A DNA stretch of 64,000 nt from an uncultured Bacteroidota bacterium (GTDB lineage: Bacteria; Bacteroidota; Bacteroidia; Bacteroidales; VadinHA17). Position numbers and translations under genes: made by a program. The notes under the pieces were generated by a model, which saw nothing but the letters and a program-made list of their open reading frames with translations, made no database searches and was not told the DNA's origin. Positions 1-8,977 of the stretch are shown piece by piece. Within the stretch, counting starts at the first letter, position 1; the number at the start of each line of letters is the position of its first letter. The stretch lies in NCBI GenBank assembly GCA_963772715.1, contig CAVYYM010000029.1, forward strand, positions 306,063-370,062. Direction: 5' to 3'.

Positions 1-1
1 T

Positions 2-353
2 GAAGGCTATTCCATATATGAGGAAACCAATGCAGAAACGGGCAAGGATACTTCACGGATGCTGAAAGCGGGTGCCAGGAGAGTATTTTTTGCCAAGGTT
101 ACAGACAATTATCTTCAAGCTGCCTTTATGGCAATCATGGGATATGTTCCGGAAAAAGCTCCAATAGTCTGTGAATCGCCTGCCCTCAGGTATTTTACCG
201 AGCCCGGAATTTTCGTAATAATGAAGTCTGATAATCCAGATAACAACAAGAATATTAGCCAACTGATTAAGCTACCTCATGTAATGTTTCAACTCGAGGA
301 AATTCAGATAATGGAAGAAATTCCGGTTCATTTTAAAGAAGGTAAATGGATGA
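2..353 (+). CDS. Partial (5'-truncated) hypothetical protein, MobB-like
   Basis: Open frame from the window edge: ...IYEETNAETGKDTSRMLKAGARRV..., resembling the GKDT-R-KAGA motif of MobB-type proteins. The track ORF runs on to 799 across the repressor gene; the real stop is probably lost to an indel (TGA at 351-353 is in the +1 frame), so the end is approximate. Confidence 0.45.
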
Positions 354-382
354 CGGCGACCGGCGAAAAAGTAATCATACCC

Positions 383-415
383 AATCACCAATCACTAATC
401 ACTATTCACTATTCA
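383..415. repeat. Heptamer tandem array AATCACT/ATTCACT, ~4.7 copies
   Basis: aatcacc aatcact aatcact attcact attca; the last unit contains the TGA stop of the minus-strand repressor gene. Confidence 0.8.
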
Positions 416-1240
416 ATTAACTTCCTTTACATCGGTAATATCCTTCCCTATCTTCGCCTTGATTCTTTCGAGGTCGTTTTTCATTGCTGCGACTGCCTTT
501 ATCAGCTGCTTTTCAGGCAGTACAGGTTCCGGAAGCTCGTTGCTGATATAGTTCACGAACTTCCATATCTCCTTTACCTCGTTGATATGGACCTCATATG
601 GCTCATAAACAGGGTTAAGCGAATAGAGGACCAGCCTGCCGTCGGATTCAAGGTTATTCTCGACGATCTTGAAAACTATCCCGTCATTGATTGTGAAGAC
701 CACATATGCTTTCCCGTTCCTTATATCCCTCCAGTCCTGCACGAATTCGCCTGTCACCCAGGACCCGTCGGGTATCGGAAGCATCGAGTCGCCCTTTAGC
801 TGGAAAGTTCTGTACTTTCTCTTGTCTGAGAGGAACGGGAGCCTGAACCTCGGGAGCTCGCCAATATACTCCGGATCGGCATAGCCTGTTGCATAACCTG
901 CCTTGGCCTTTTCAGGTACAAGCTCAATGTTTTCAAGGTTGTCATCATTGACGGTAGTGGTAAGCACCCTGAGGTTGCTTCCCTTCACATAGGCATCATA
1001 TCCTCTCTCCAGCTCTCCCAGCTGGCTCTCGGAGAGCTTCGACACATCGATCTTCAGCATGGTGTCGATCGACATGTTGTAATAGCGGGAAAAGGAAACC
1101 AGAACTTCAATTCCCGGTTGCGCAACGCCGTTCTCATACCCGCTCAGGGTGGAACGCTTGAGGTTTAAGGCAACGGCAACATCATCCTGTGTCCTGCCCC
1201 TCCTTTTTCTTAAAAATTTTATGTTCGACGCGAAGTGCAT
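413..1240 (-). CDS. XRE-HTH / S24 peptidase LexA-like SOS repressor
   Basis: N-terminal HTH_3 (LRKRRGRTQDDVA...TLSGYENG), Ala-Gly cleavage site (KAKAGY), catalytic Ser (GDSM) and Lys (IVFK); divergent from dinB-dnaE2. Confidence 0.9.
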   Translation of the reverse strand: MHFASNIKFLRKRRGRTQDDVAVALNLKRSTLSGYENGVAQPGIEVLVSFSRYYNMSIDTMLKIDVSKLSESQLGELERGYDAYVKGSNLRVLTTTVNDDNLENIELVPEKAKAGYATGYADPEYIGELPRFRLPFLSDKRKYRTFQLKGDSMLPIPDGSWVTGEFVQDWRDIRNGKAYVVFTINDGIVFKIVENNLESDGRLVLYSLNPVYEPYEVHINEVKEIWKFVNYISNELPEPVLPEKQLIKAVAAMKNDLERIKAKIGKDITDVKEVN

Positions 1241-1250
1241 AATAAAAATT

Positions 1251-1290
1251 TGATTATATTGTAATCATATAATTGATTATATTTTAATCA
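1251..1290. promoter_or_regulatory. Two tandem palindromic operators TGATTA-N5-TAATCA
   Basis: TGATTATATTGTAATCA (1251-1267) and TGATTATATTTTAATCA (1274-1290) in the divergent intergenic region. Confidence 0.75.
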
Positions 1291-1296
1291 AAACTA
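1289..1296 (-). promoter_or_regulatory. Bacteroidetes -7 promoter element (TAGTTTTG) for the repressor gene
   Basis: Matches TAnnTTTG on the minus strand and overlaps the edge of operator 2. Confidence 0.55.
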
Positions 1297-1340
1297 AAAT
1301 TTATTTGTTATATAAACAAATTATTTAAGAAAAAAGTTAC

Positions 1341-1373
1341 GAGTGCCTAGAGTTTGGAGTACTTAAAGTTAAA
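1341..1373. repeat. Left arm of 9-mer repeat element (GAGTGCCTA/GAGTACTTA)
   Basis: gagtgccta gagtttg gagtactta aagttaaa; 32/33 identical to 3049-3081. Confidence 0.9.
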
Positions 1374-1377
1374 TAAT

Positions 1378-1737
1378 ATGGAAAATAAAGAGTTTAGTAA
1401 AAGACTTGAGAAAAGAACAAAGGCTTTTGCAATAAGTGTGATCAAATTATCTGTCAATCTTCCGAATACTGTTGAAGGGAAGGTGATCAGAAACCAGTTA
1501 ACAAAGTCCGGAACCAGTATCGGGGCAAATTATCGCGAGGCAAACAGGGCAAGGAGCAAGGCTGATTTTAAGAACAAAATCAAAATCTCTGAAAGCGAAA
1601 CTAACGAGACGTGTTACTGGCTTGAAATCATCGGAGATCTTAAATGGACCGAGCTTCAATTATTGGAATCTGCTCTTAATGAAGCAAATGAATTGCTTGC
1701 AATTTTTACATCAATCGGAAAAAATTTACAACTCTAA
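1378..1737 (+). CDS. Four helix bundle protein (TIGR02436 / 23S rRNA IVS protein / bAvd-like fold)
   Basis: Signature QLTKSGTSIGANYREA-RARSKADF--KI-I---E--ET-YWLEI; 119 aa from ATG 1378. Confidence 0.92.
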   Translation: MENKEFSKRLEKRTKAFAISVIKLSVNLPNTVEGKVIRNQLTKSGTSIGANYREANRARSKADFKNKIKISESETNETCYWLEIIGDLKWTELQLLESALNEANELLAIFTSIGKNLQL

Positions 1738-1773
1738 GTACTTTAAGTACTACTAGGCACTCTAGGCACTTTA
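1730..1773. repeat. Right arm (inverted) of 9-mer repeat element (TAGGCACTC/TAAGTACTT)
   Basis: aactc taagtactt taagtactac taggcactc taggcactt ta; units are reverse complements of the left-arm units. Contains the stop codon of the four-helix-bundle gene and ends just before the dinB ATG. Confidence 0.9.
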
Positions 1774-1775
1774 TT

Positions 1776-3041
1776 ATGTTTATAGTCGGCGACATAGAAC
1801 GTTCCATACTGCATCTTGACCTCGACACCTTCTTCGTATCGGTGGAGAGGCTCAGGAACAGCAGGCTCATCGGCAAGCCGGTGATAATCGGCGGCATGTC
1901 GGACCGTGGCGTGGTGTCGAGCTGCAGCTATGAGGCCAGGAAATACGGGGTGAGCTCTGCCATGCCCATGAAGATGGCCCGCAACATGTGTCCCGATGCC
2001 ATAATAATACGCGGCGACCATGAAGCTTACAGCAGCTACTCGAATATGGTGACCGGGATAATTGCCGAAAGAGCGCCCCTTTATGAAAAGTCATCGATCG
2101 ACGAGCACTATGTCGACATCACGGGAATGGACCGCTTCTACGGATGCTACAAGTGGTCGCACGAGCTGAGGCAGTATATAATAAAGGAGACCGGACTGCC
2201 TATCTCGATAGGGCTCTCAGTTAACAAGACCGTATCGAAGATCGCTACCGGTGAGGCAAAGCCAAATGGCGAGATAGAAGTCAGAAGAGATGTGGTACTC
2301 CCCTTTCTCGACCCCCTCTCCATCAGCAAGATACCGATGATCGGACAGAAGACATATCACGTGCTCCGCTCAATGGGCATAGCAACCATTTACACGCTGC
2401 GGAACATCCCGGCGGAGATGCTCGAAAAGCTGATGGGAAAGAACGGCATAGAGGTATGGAAAAGGGCAAACGGCATCGACTCCACTCCCGTCATAAGCTA
2501 CTCGGAGCAGAAGTCGATAAGCACCGAGCATACCTTCGAGAAGGATACCACCGACCTGGCAAGGCTTAACCAGCTGCTGGTGAGCATGGTGGAGAAAATA
2601 GCATACGATCTCAGGAAGCAGGAGAAGCTCACCTCATGCGTGACGGTGAAGATAAGATACTCGAATTTCGACACCCACACCCTGCAGAAGCGTATCCCTT
2701 ACACCGCCTTCGACCATGTTCTCACCGAAATTGCAAAAGAGCTCTTCAGCAGGATCTACCAGCGGAGAATGCTCATCCGTCTCATCGGCGTCAGGTTCAG
2801 TCACCTGGTGCGGGGAGTGCAGCAGCTCGACATGTTCGACGACACTCCCGAGAAAGTGAGCCTGTATATGGCCATGGACAAGCTCAGGAAGCGCTTCGGG
2901 CGCGATGCGGTGCGCAGGGCTGCCGGAGTGATGACCAGCAGCGAAAGGGAGGAAAAAGCCCGGAAACAGCTTGAAAACGCTGTAAAAGAGCAGGAAATGA
3001 TGGAGGAAAGATTACGCGGGTATTTTGCATATGGAAGATAG
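1776..3041 (+). CDS. dinB: DNA polymerase IV (Y family)
   Basis: HLDLDTFFVSVE, SYEARKYGV and SIDE catalytic motifs; clamp motif QLDMF; C-terminal MDKLRKRFGRDAV. Confidence 0.95.
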   Translation: MFIVGDIERSILHLDLDTFFVSVERLRNSRLIGKPVIIGGMSDRGVVSSCSYEARKYGVSSAMPMKMARNMCPDAIIIRGDHEAYSSYSNMVTGIIAERAPLYEKSSIDEHYVDITGMDRFYGCYKWSHELRQYIIKETGLPISIGLSVNKTVSKIATGEAKPNGEIEVRRDVVLPFLDPLSISKIPMIGQKTYHVLRSMGIATIYTLRNIPAEMLEKLMGKNGIEVWKRANGIDSTPVISYSEQKSISTEHTFEKDTTDLARLNQLLVSMVEKIAYDLRKQEKLTSCVTVKIRYSNFDTHTLQKRIPYTAFDHVLTEIAKELFSRIYQRRMLIRLIGVRFSHLVRGVQQLDMFDDTPEKVSLYMAMDKLRKRFGRDAVRRAAGVMTSSEREEKARKQLENAVKEQEMMEERLRGYFAYGR

Positions 3042-3123
3042 AAGTTTGGAGTGCCTAAAGTTTGGAGTACTTAAAGTTAAAAAACTCTAAGTACTTTAGG
3101 CACTCTAGGCACTTTAGGCACTT
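3042..3123. repeat. Empty copy of the 9-mer element: left and right arms joined
   Basis: aagtttg gagtgccta aagtttg gagtactta aagtt aaaa aactc taagtactt taggcactc taggcactt taggcactt; fills the dinB-dnaE2 intergenic gap. Confidence 0.9.
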
Positions 3124-3126
3124 AAT

Positions 3127-6060
3127 ATGTTTTTAAACTGTCACTCATATTACAGTCTCCGCTACGGAACAATGTCCGTGGAACAGCTGGTGCAGAAGGC
3201 TAAAGCCGCTGGTGCGGATACTATTGCCCTGACAGATATCAACAATTCGACTGCCATACCTGAATTCGCAGGCGAGTGCGCCAGGAACAGCATAAGACCG
3301 GTTGCCGGCATCGAGTTCAGGAACGGCAATGAGCTGGAATATATCGGTATAGCCCGCAACAACAAAGGAGTGAGGGAACTGAACGAGTTCCTCTCAAAGC
3401 AGAATTTCGAAAAAACGGAGGTCCCATTTCCTGCACCCCGCTTCTCCGATGCATACGTCATTTATTCACAATCGAAGCTGCCGGGACGCAAGCTTCTCGA
3501 AAATGAGCGCAAGGGAATAAGAACCGGAGAGATAAACAGGCTTCTTACCCTTCCTTCGGCCGACAGGAGCAGAATGGTAATGCTTCAGCCTGTGACATTC
3601 GCCGGCGGTGACGATATCTTCATTCACAGGAGCCTCAGGGCTGTCGACAACAATATCCTCCTCTCCCATCTCAAGCCGTCTCAATGTGCCGGTGAAAATG
3701 AATTCTTTATTCCCATGGAGCAGATAAGAAGATCTTTCGAAAGCTATCCTGATATTGTAAATGAAACTGTTAACCTGCTTAATGACTGTAATTTATCATT
3801 CGATTTCGAAAGCCATAAAAACAAGAAGCTCTTTTCTGCAAGCAGGTATGACGACAAGCTTCTTCTCGAAAAGCTTGCCTGGGACGGGATGATATACAGG
3901 TATGGAAAAAACAATAGTGAAGCACGCAAACGCATACAGCATGAGCTTGAGATAATCGACAAGCTTGGATTTTCCGCATATTTTCTCATAACCTGGGATA
4001 TCGTAAGATACTCCATGGCAAGAGGCTTTTACCACGTCGGCAGGGGAAGCGGGGCTAATTCTATAGTTGCTTACTGCCTGAAAATCACCAATGTTGACCC
4101 TATCGACCTGAACCTTTACTTCGAGAGGTTCATAAATCCGAAAAGAAGCTCCCCTCCCGATTTCGATATCGACTACTCCTGGAAGGAAAGGGACGAGGTA
4201 ATTGATTATATCTTCAAGAGATATGGTTACAGCCATACCGCCCTGCTCGGTACGATAAGCACCTTCAGGGGAAAATCGATAGTCAGGGAGCTGGGAAAGG
4301 TGCACGGACTGCCAAAGGAGGAAATTGATAATCTGATAGATAATCCTTCATCAGAGACAAACCGCAACGAAATAACCGATATCATCTTCTCAACAGGCAG
4401 CAAGATCGCAGATTTCCCCAACATGAGGAGCATACATGCAGGCGGCATACTTATCTCAGAAGAACCAGTGTCGTGCTATACCGCCCTCGACATGCCGCCA
4501 AAAGGCTTCCCCACGACACAGTGGGACATGTACACCGCAGAGGAGATCGGCTTCGAAAAACTCGACATACTGAGCCAGAGGGGAATAGGACATATCCGCG
4601 AAAGCGCCGAGATCATTCTCCGGAACCGCTCGATAGATGTGGACGTTCATGCAATACAGAAATTCAAGAGCGATCCGAAGATCAAGGAGTTCCTGAAGAG
4701 CGGCGAGACTAAAGGATGCTTCTATGTCGAGAGTCCGTCGATGCGCGGACTTCTTCAAAAACTGAGGTGCGATGATTACACGACACTTGTTGCCGCCAGC
4801 TCGATAATAAGGCCAGGCGTTGCACGCTCCGGGATGATGAGGGAATACATTTACAGATTTCATAACCCCGACAAATTCAAGTATTTGCATCCAGTAATGA
4901 AAGAACAGCTTGAGGAGACCTTCGGGGTGATGGTATACCAGGAGGATGTGCTGAAGGTTTGCCATCATTTTGCAGGACTCGACCTTGCAGATGCCGATAC
5001 ACTCCGCAGGGCAATGAGCGGAAAATACCGCTCGAAACAGGAGATGCAGAGAATAGTGGAGAAGTTTTTCTCCAACTGCCGCGAAAAGGGATACAGTGAC
5101 GAGCTGACAAAAGAGGTGTGGCGGCAGATAGAGTCGTTCGCAGGCTATTCCTTTTCGAAGGCACACTCCGCATCCTATGCAGTGGAAAGCTTTCAGAGCC
5201 TTTACCTGAAGGCTCACTACCCTATCGAATTCATGGTTGCAGTGATAAACAACTTCGGCGGTTTTTACCGCACATGGGTATATGTACACGAGGCCAAAAG
5301 GTACGGGGCATCTATTCAACTGCCCTGTGTGAACAAGAGCAACTACAAAACAACCATTTATGGCACAGATATTTATCTTGGATTTATTCATGTAATGAGC
5401 CTGGAGGACCGTCTTGGGGTTTCGATCGAAGAGAACCGCCGGGCTGAGGGTCCCTACAGGGATATGAACGACTTTGTGACAAGACTTAATCCCGGGCTCG
5501 AGCAGATGATACTTCTTATCAGGACAGGTGCATTCAGGTTCACGGGAAAGAAAAAAGGAGAGCTGCTTTGGGAGGCTCACCTGCTGATGAATAAGAGCAA
5601 GCCTGAGCCGATGAGACCGCTATTCTCTCCTCCTGTTAAAAAGTTCATCCTTCCCGATCTGGAACACAGCAGTCTCGACGACGCATATGATGAGATCGAG
5701 CTGTTAAGCTTCCCGGTATCCATGACCTGGTTCGACATGCTCGAGACATCATTCCGCGGCGAGGTTCCGGCAGATGAGCTGATCAGGAATGTGGGCAGAA
5801 AAGTCAGGATGGTCGGGCATCTTGTTACGATCAAGTATATCAAGACAATAAAAAGGGAATGGATGAATTTCGGATGCTTCATCGATCATGAAGGCAATTT
5901 CTTTGACACCACGCATTTCCCGCAATCACTTGTCAGCTACCCGTTCAAGGGAGCAGGAACTTACCTGATCCTCGGCAAGGTAGTCGAAGAGTTCGGCTAT
6001 GCATCAGTCGAGGTGGAGAAGATGGCCAAGCTGCCGGTAAAACCGGATAAGAGATATTGA
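3127..6060 (+). CDS. dnaE2: DNA polymerase III alpha subunit, error-prone DnaE2 type
   Basis: PHP domain, GRGSGANS, PDFDID, KLDILS and FSKAHS motifs, C-terminal OB fold; short (977 aa) and in an operon with dinB. Confidence 0.9.
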   Translation: MFLNCHSYYSLRYGTMSVEQLVQKAKAAGADTIALTDINNSTAIPEFAGECARNSIRPVAGIEFRNGNELEYIGIARNNKGVRELNEFLSKQNFEKTEVPFPAPRFSDAYVIYSQSKLPGRKLLENERKGIRTGEINRLLTLPSADRSRMVMLQPVTFAGGDDIFIHRSLRAVDNNILLSHLKPSQCAGENEFFIPMEQIRRSFESYPDIVNETVNLLNDCNLSFDFESHKNKKLFSASRYDDKLLLEKLAWDGMIYRYGKNNSEARKRIQHELEIIDKLGFSAYFLITWDIVRYSMARGFYHVGRGSGANSIVAYCLKITNVDPIDLNLYFERFINPKRSSPPDFDIDYSWKERDEVIDYIFKRYGYSHTALLGTISTFRGKSIVRELGKVHGLPKEEIDNLIDNPSSETNRNEITDIIFSTGSKIADFPNMRSIHAGGILISEEPVSCYTALDMPPKGFPTTQWDMYTAEEIGFEKLDILSQRGIGHIRESAEIILRNRSIDVDVHAIQKFKSDPKIKEFLKSGETKGCFYVESPSMRGLLQKLRCDDYTTLVAASSIIRPGVARSGMMREYIYRFHNPDKFKYLHPVMKEQLEETFGVMVYQEDVLKVCHHFAGLDLADADTLRRAMSGKYRSKQEMQRIVEKFFSNCREKGYSDELTKEVWRQIESFAGYSFSKAHSASYAVESFQSLYLKAHYPIEFMVAVINNFGGFYRTWVYVHEAKRYGASIQLPCVNKSNYKTTIYGTDIYLGFIHVMSLEDRLGVSIEENRRAEGPYRDMNDFVTRLNPGLEQMILLIRTGAFRFTGKKKGELLWEAHLLMNKSKPEPMRPLFSPPVKKFILPDLEHSSLDDAYDEIELLSFPVSMTWFDMLETSFRGEVPADELIRNVGRKVRMVGHLVTIKYIKTIKREWMNFGCFIDHEGNFFDTTHFPQSLVSYPFKGAGTYLILGKVVEEFGYASVEVEKMAKLPVKPDKRY

Positions 6061-6066
6061 CAGAGC

Positions 6067-6780
6067 CTATTGACGGGTGGTTCCGGTTGAATCCTGGTCA
6101 TTATTTGCGATGTTCCTGAAAACCGATTCATCCGAAAACTTCTTCATTTTCCGGAATCCGACGATCCAGTAAAGGATGAACAAGGGAAGAAAAACGGTCA
6201 TCATGACAGGCCTGTTGCCCATTAGCAGGAAATCATATGCCCCATGTGCAATAAATGGAAGGGAAAAAGCAGCAATAAGGTTCAGTCCCCTGTATTTCTC
6301 ATTGAAACGCGCCAGCCCGAAATTGTATCCCATCATTATGCCGAAAAGTGCATGAGCTGGAACCGCGGTGAGTGCTCTCATTAATCCAACACTATAACCT
6401 CCCTGAAATACATAAAGGATATTCTCGATGCCTGCAAAGCCAAGCGCTATATAGACAGCATATACGATTGCATCAAACTTCTCATTGAAGTTCCTGTTCC
6501 TCCAGAAGAAGAGAAACAGAGCCAGGAACTTGATACCTTCTTCAGTAAGTCCGGCAATTATAAATGCAGTGTAGGCAGCTTCACTGATGCCTTCAGGTCC
6601 GCTGTAAAATCTCGTGAGCAGCCCTTCGATCAATAATATAGGTAATACACATAAAACACCTATAAATAAGGCTTTTATTAAAAGCGATACTGGCTCCTTC
6701 TCATACCTGTCCCGGCTATAGATATAGAATGCGATTATAAGAACAGGAGCGAGTGAAATGAACAAAAGAGTGTTGAACAT
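6067..6780 (-). CDS. PrsW family intramembrane metalloprotease
   Basis: DRYEKEP, EE-IK, GFAGIEN and AH...HGAYD motifs; multiple TM segments. Confidence 0.9.
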   Translation of the reverse strand: MFNTLLFISLAPVLIIAFYIYSRDRYEKEPVSLLIKALFIGVLCVLPILLIEGLLTRFYSGPEGISEAAYTAFIIAGLTEEGIKFLALFLFFWRNRNFNEKFDAIVYAVYIALGFAGIENILYVFQGGYSVGLMRALTAVPAHALFGIMMGYNFGLARFNEKYRGLNLIAAFSLPFIAHGAYDFLLMGNRPVMMTVFLPLFILYWIVGFRKMKKFSDESVFRNIANNDQDSTGTTRQ

Positions 6781-6796
6781 ATCTGTTCCGGCTAAA

Positions 6797-8969
6797 TTAA
6801 TCATTCTGACGGTTCACTTTGAGCACACCTTTTATGGCATTTATCTTTCTGATGATCCCGTAAAGCACATCGTTGTTGGGTACCAGGAGGTTCAGGGTCC
6901 CCTCGAACATACCATCTTCCATGCTGTAATTGAAGTTCCTGATACTCACGCTGTAAGCAGAGATCACATCTGCGATCTTGTTAACAATCCCCATATCTTC
7001 AACTCCAGTGATCCTGATAGATGAGATGAATGATGTGATGCTTTTTGATTTGGTCCATTTAGCCGCCACCACCCTGTAAGGATACCGTGAAATCATATTA
7101 TGGGCATTTGGACAACTGGCACGGTGTATCTTGATTCCTTCGGAGATCGTGACAAAGCCAAACACCGAATCTCCAAAAACCGGATTGCAACACTTAGACA
7201 GCTTGTAATCAAGGCCTTCCACCCTATCCTCAATAACAAGGAAATCGCTGTACTGTGCATCCGGTATTTCCTTTGCCTCCTTCTCCTGAACGGCTGTTGG
7301 CTGAGCAATCACCCGGAGTTGCTTCATCCTTCAGAAGTATATCCTTTATCTCAAGAAGCTCTATTTTTCCGGTCGAAATAAGAAAATAAAGATCCTGTGC
7401 TGTTTTGAAATTATAATGGTTGATCAGCTTCTGGATAACTGTATCTCCATACGGCATCTTCCAGTTCTTCAATCGCCTCATCAGCAGCTCCTTGCCTTCC
7501 GCAGCCGCTTTCATCTTCTCTTCATTCAGGGCCAGCTTTATCTTGGACCTGGCCTTGTTTGTTACGACAAATGAGAGCCAGTCCTGCTTTGGCATCTGGT
7601 TCTTCGACCTTATAATGTCGACATGATCGCCGTTCTGGAGCACATGCCTGATCGTGACATTTTTCCCGTTGACTTTTCCTCCCACGCATGAAGCGCCGAC
7701 AGCAGTATGTATATCGAAAGCAAAATCAAGAACGGTGGCTCCGGCAGGCAGCTGCCTCAGGTCTCCTTTCGGCGTGAACACGAATACTTCATCAGTATAT
7801 AGTCCCGATCTCACCTGGTCGAGGAATGCCGCATCCTCTTTTTCCGGTGATTCGAGTATTTCACGCATCCTTGTAAGCCAGGAATCGAGACCTCCCTCTC
7901 CCTTTATACCCTTGTACTTGAAATGGGCCGCAAGTCCTTTTTCAGCTATTTCGTCCATTCTCACGGAGCGTATCTGGACCTCCACCCATTTTCCTCTCGG
8001 GCCTATAACCGTTGTATGCAGCGATTCGTATCCGTTCGATTTCGGAACTGATATCCAGTCACGGAGCCTGCTCGGATTTGGCTGGTAGAGATCTGTCACA
8101 ACCGAGTATGCACGCCAGCAATCAGATTTTTCATTCTGGCCGGTTGTATCGATGATGATCCTCACGGCAAAGAGATCATAGACTTCCTCAAACTCCACAC
8201 CCTGCTTCTTCATCTTAAGCATTATGGAATGGATTGATTTTGTGCGGCTTTTAATGGTGAACTTAAAGCCCTGCTTTTCGAGTTTTTCCTGGAGAGGTAC
8301 CGAGAATTCCCTGATGAGCCTGTTTCTCGATGCGGTTGTCTGCTTCAGGCGGTTCTCGACAAAACTGTATTGTTCCGGTTCAAGATATTTGACTGCCAGG
8401 TCTTCCATCTCCGATTTGATGTTATAGAATCCCAGCCTGTGAGCCAATGGTGCATACAAAAAATATGTTTCCGAAGCCAGCGGTATTTTTTCCTTTTCAG
8501 GTGCCATATCGAGGTTCCGCATGTATTCGAGCCGTTCGACAAGCTTGATAAGTATGACCCTGACATCATCGGCGAGGCTTAGAAGGAGCTTACGGAAATT
8601 CTCAGCCTGGTATGATGATTGCATCGATTCGATGCCTTCGATCCTTGCAAAGCCTTCAAGGATCTCGACAACTTTCCTGCCGAATTCCTTCTCAAGGGCT
8701 TTTGCATCTGTTTCAAGGTCTTTATGGGAATCATGAAGCAAGGCGGTAATTATTGAGGTCAGCCCAAGGCCCATCTCTCCTGCTATGATCCTGGCCACGG
8801 AAAGTGCATGGAGTATCTTAGGTTCTCCCGTGAGTGTGTTTTTTTCTCCGCAGGATCTAATGGCAAGATCCAGCGCTTTCCTGATTTTGCTGTAATCCTC
8901 CCGGGAGACGTTGTTTTTAGCCGCCTTAAGCAAAGCCCTGTAACCTGATTGTATTTTTACAGATAACAC
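6797..8969 (-). CDS. RelA/SpoT (p)ppGpp synthetase/hydrolase, one frameshift near 7320
   Basis: HD-like domain, YAPLAHRLG, NGYESLHTTV, EVQIR and TGS in ORF 7230-8969; CC (SKCCNPV) and ACT domains in ORF 6797-7327. Confidence 0.9.
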
Positions 8970-8977
8970 CTGGTCAA

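Noticed and set aside
59-799. 246-aa track ORF overlapping the repressor gene by ~390 bp
   Set aside because: After ~350 it reads through a heptamer repeat and the antisense of the S24 gene; most likely a stop lost to an indel.
1341-1773. Classical IS element or CRISPR array
   Set aside because: No transposase motifs and no target-site duplication seen; repeats are 7-9 bp tandem units without spacers, and there are no cas genes.
1341-3123. Diversity-generating retroelement, given the Avd-like gene
   Set aside because: No reverse transcriptase and no template/variable repeat pair with adenine-specific differences seen in the window.
4456-5580. 374-aa antisense ORF within dnaE2 (and many similar antisense ORFs)
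   Set aside because: No recognisable motifs; best explained as a shadow of the well-supported gene on the opposite strand.
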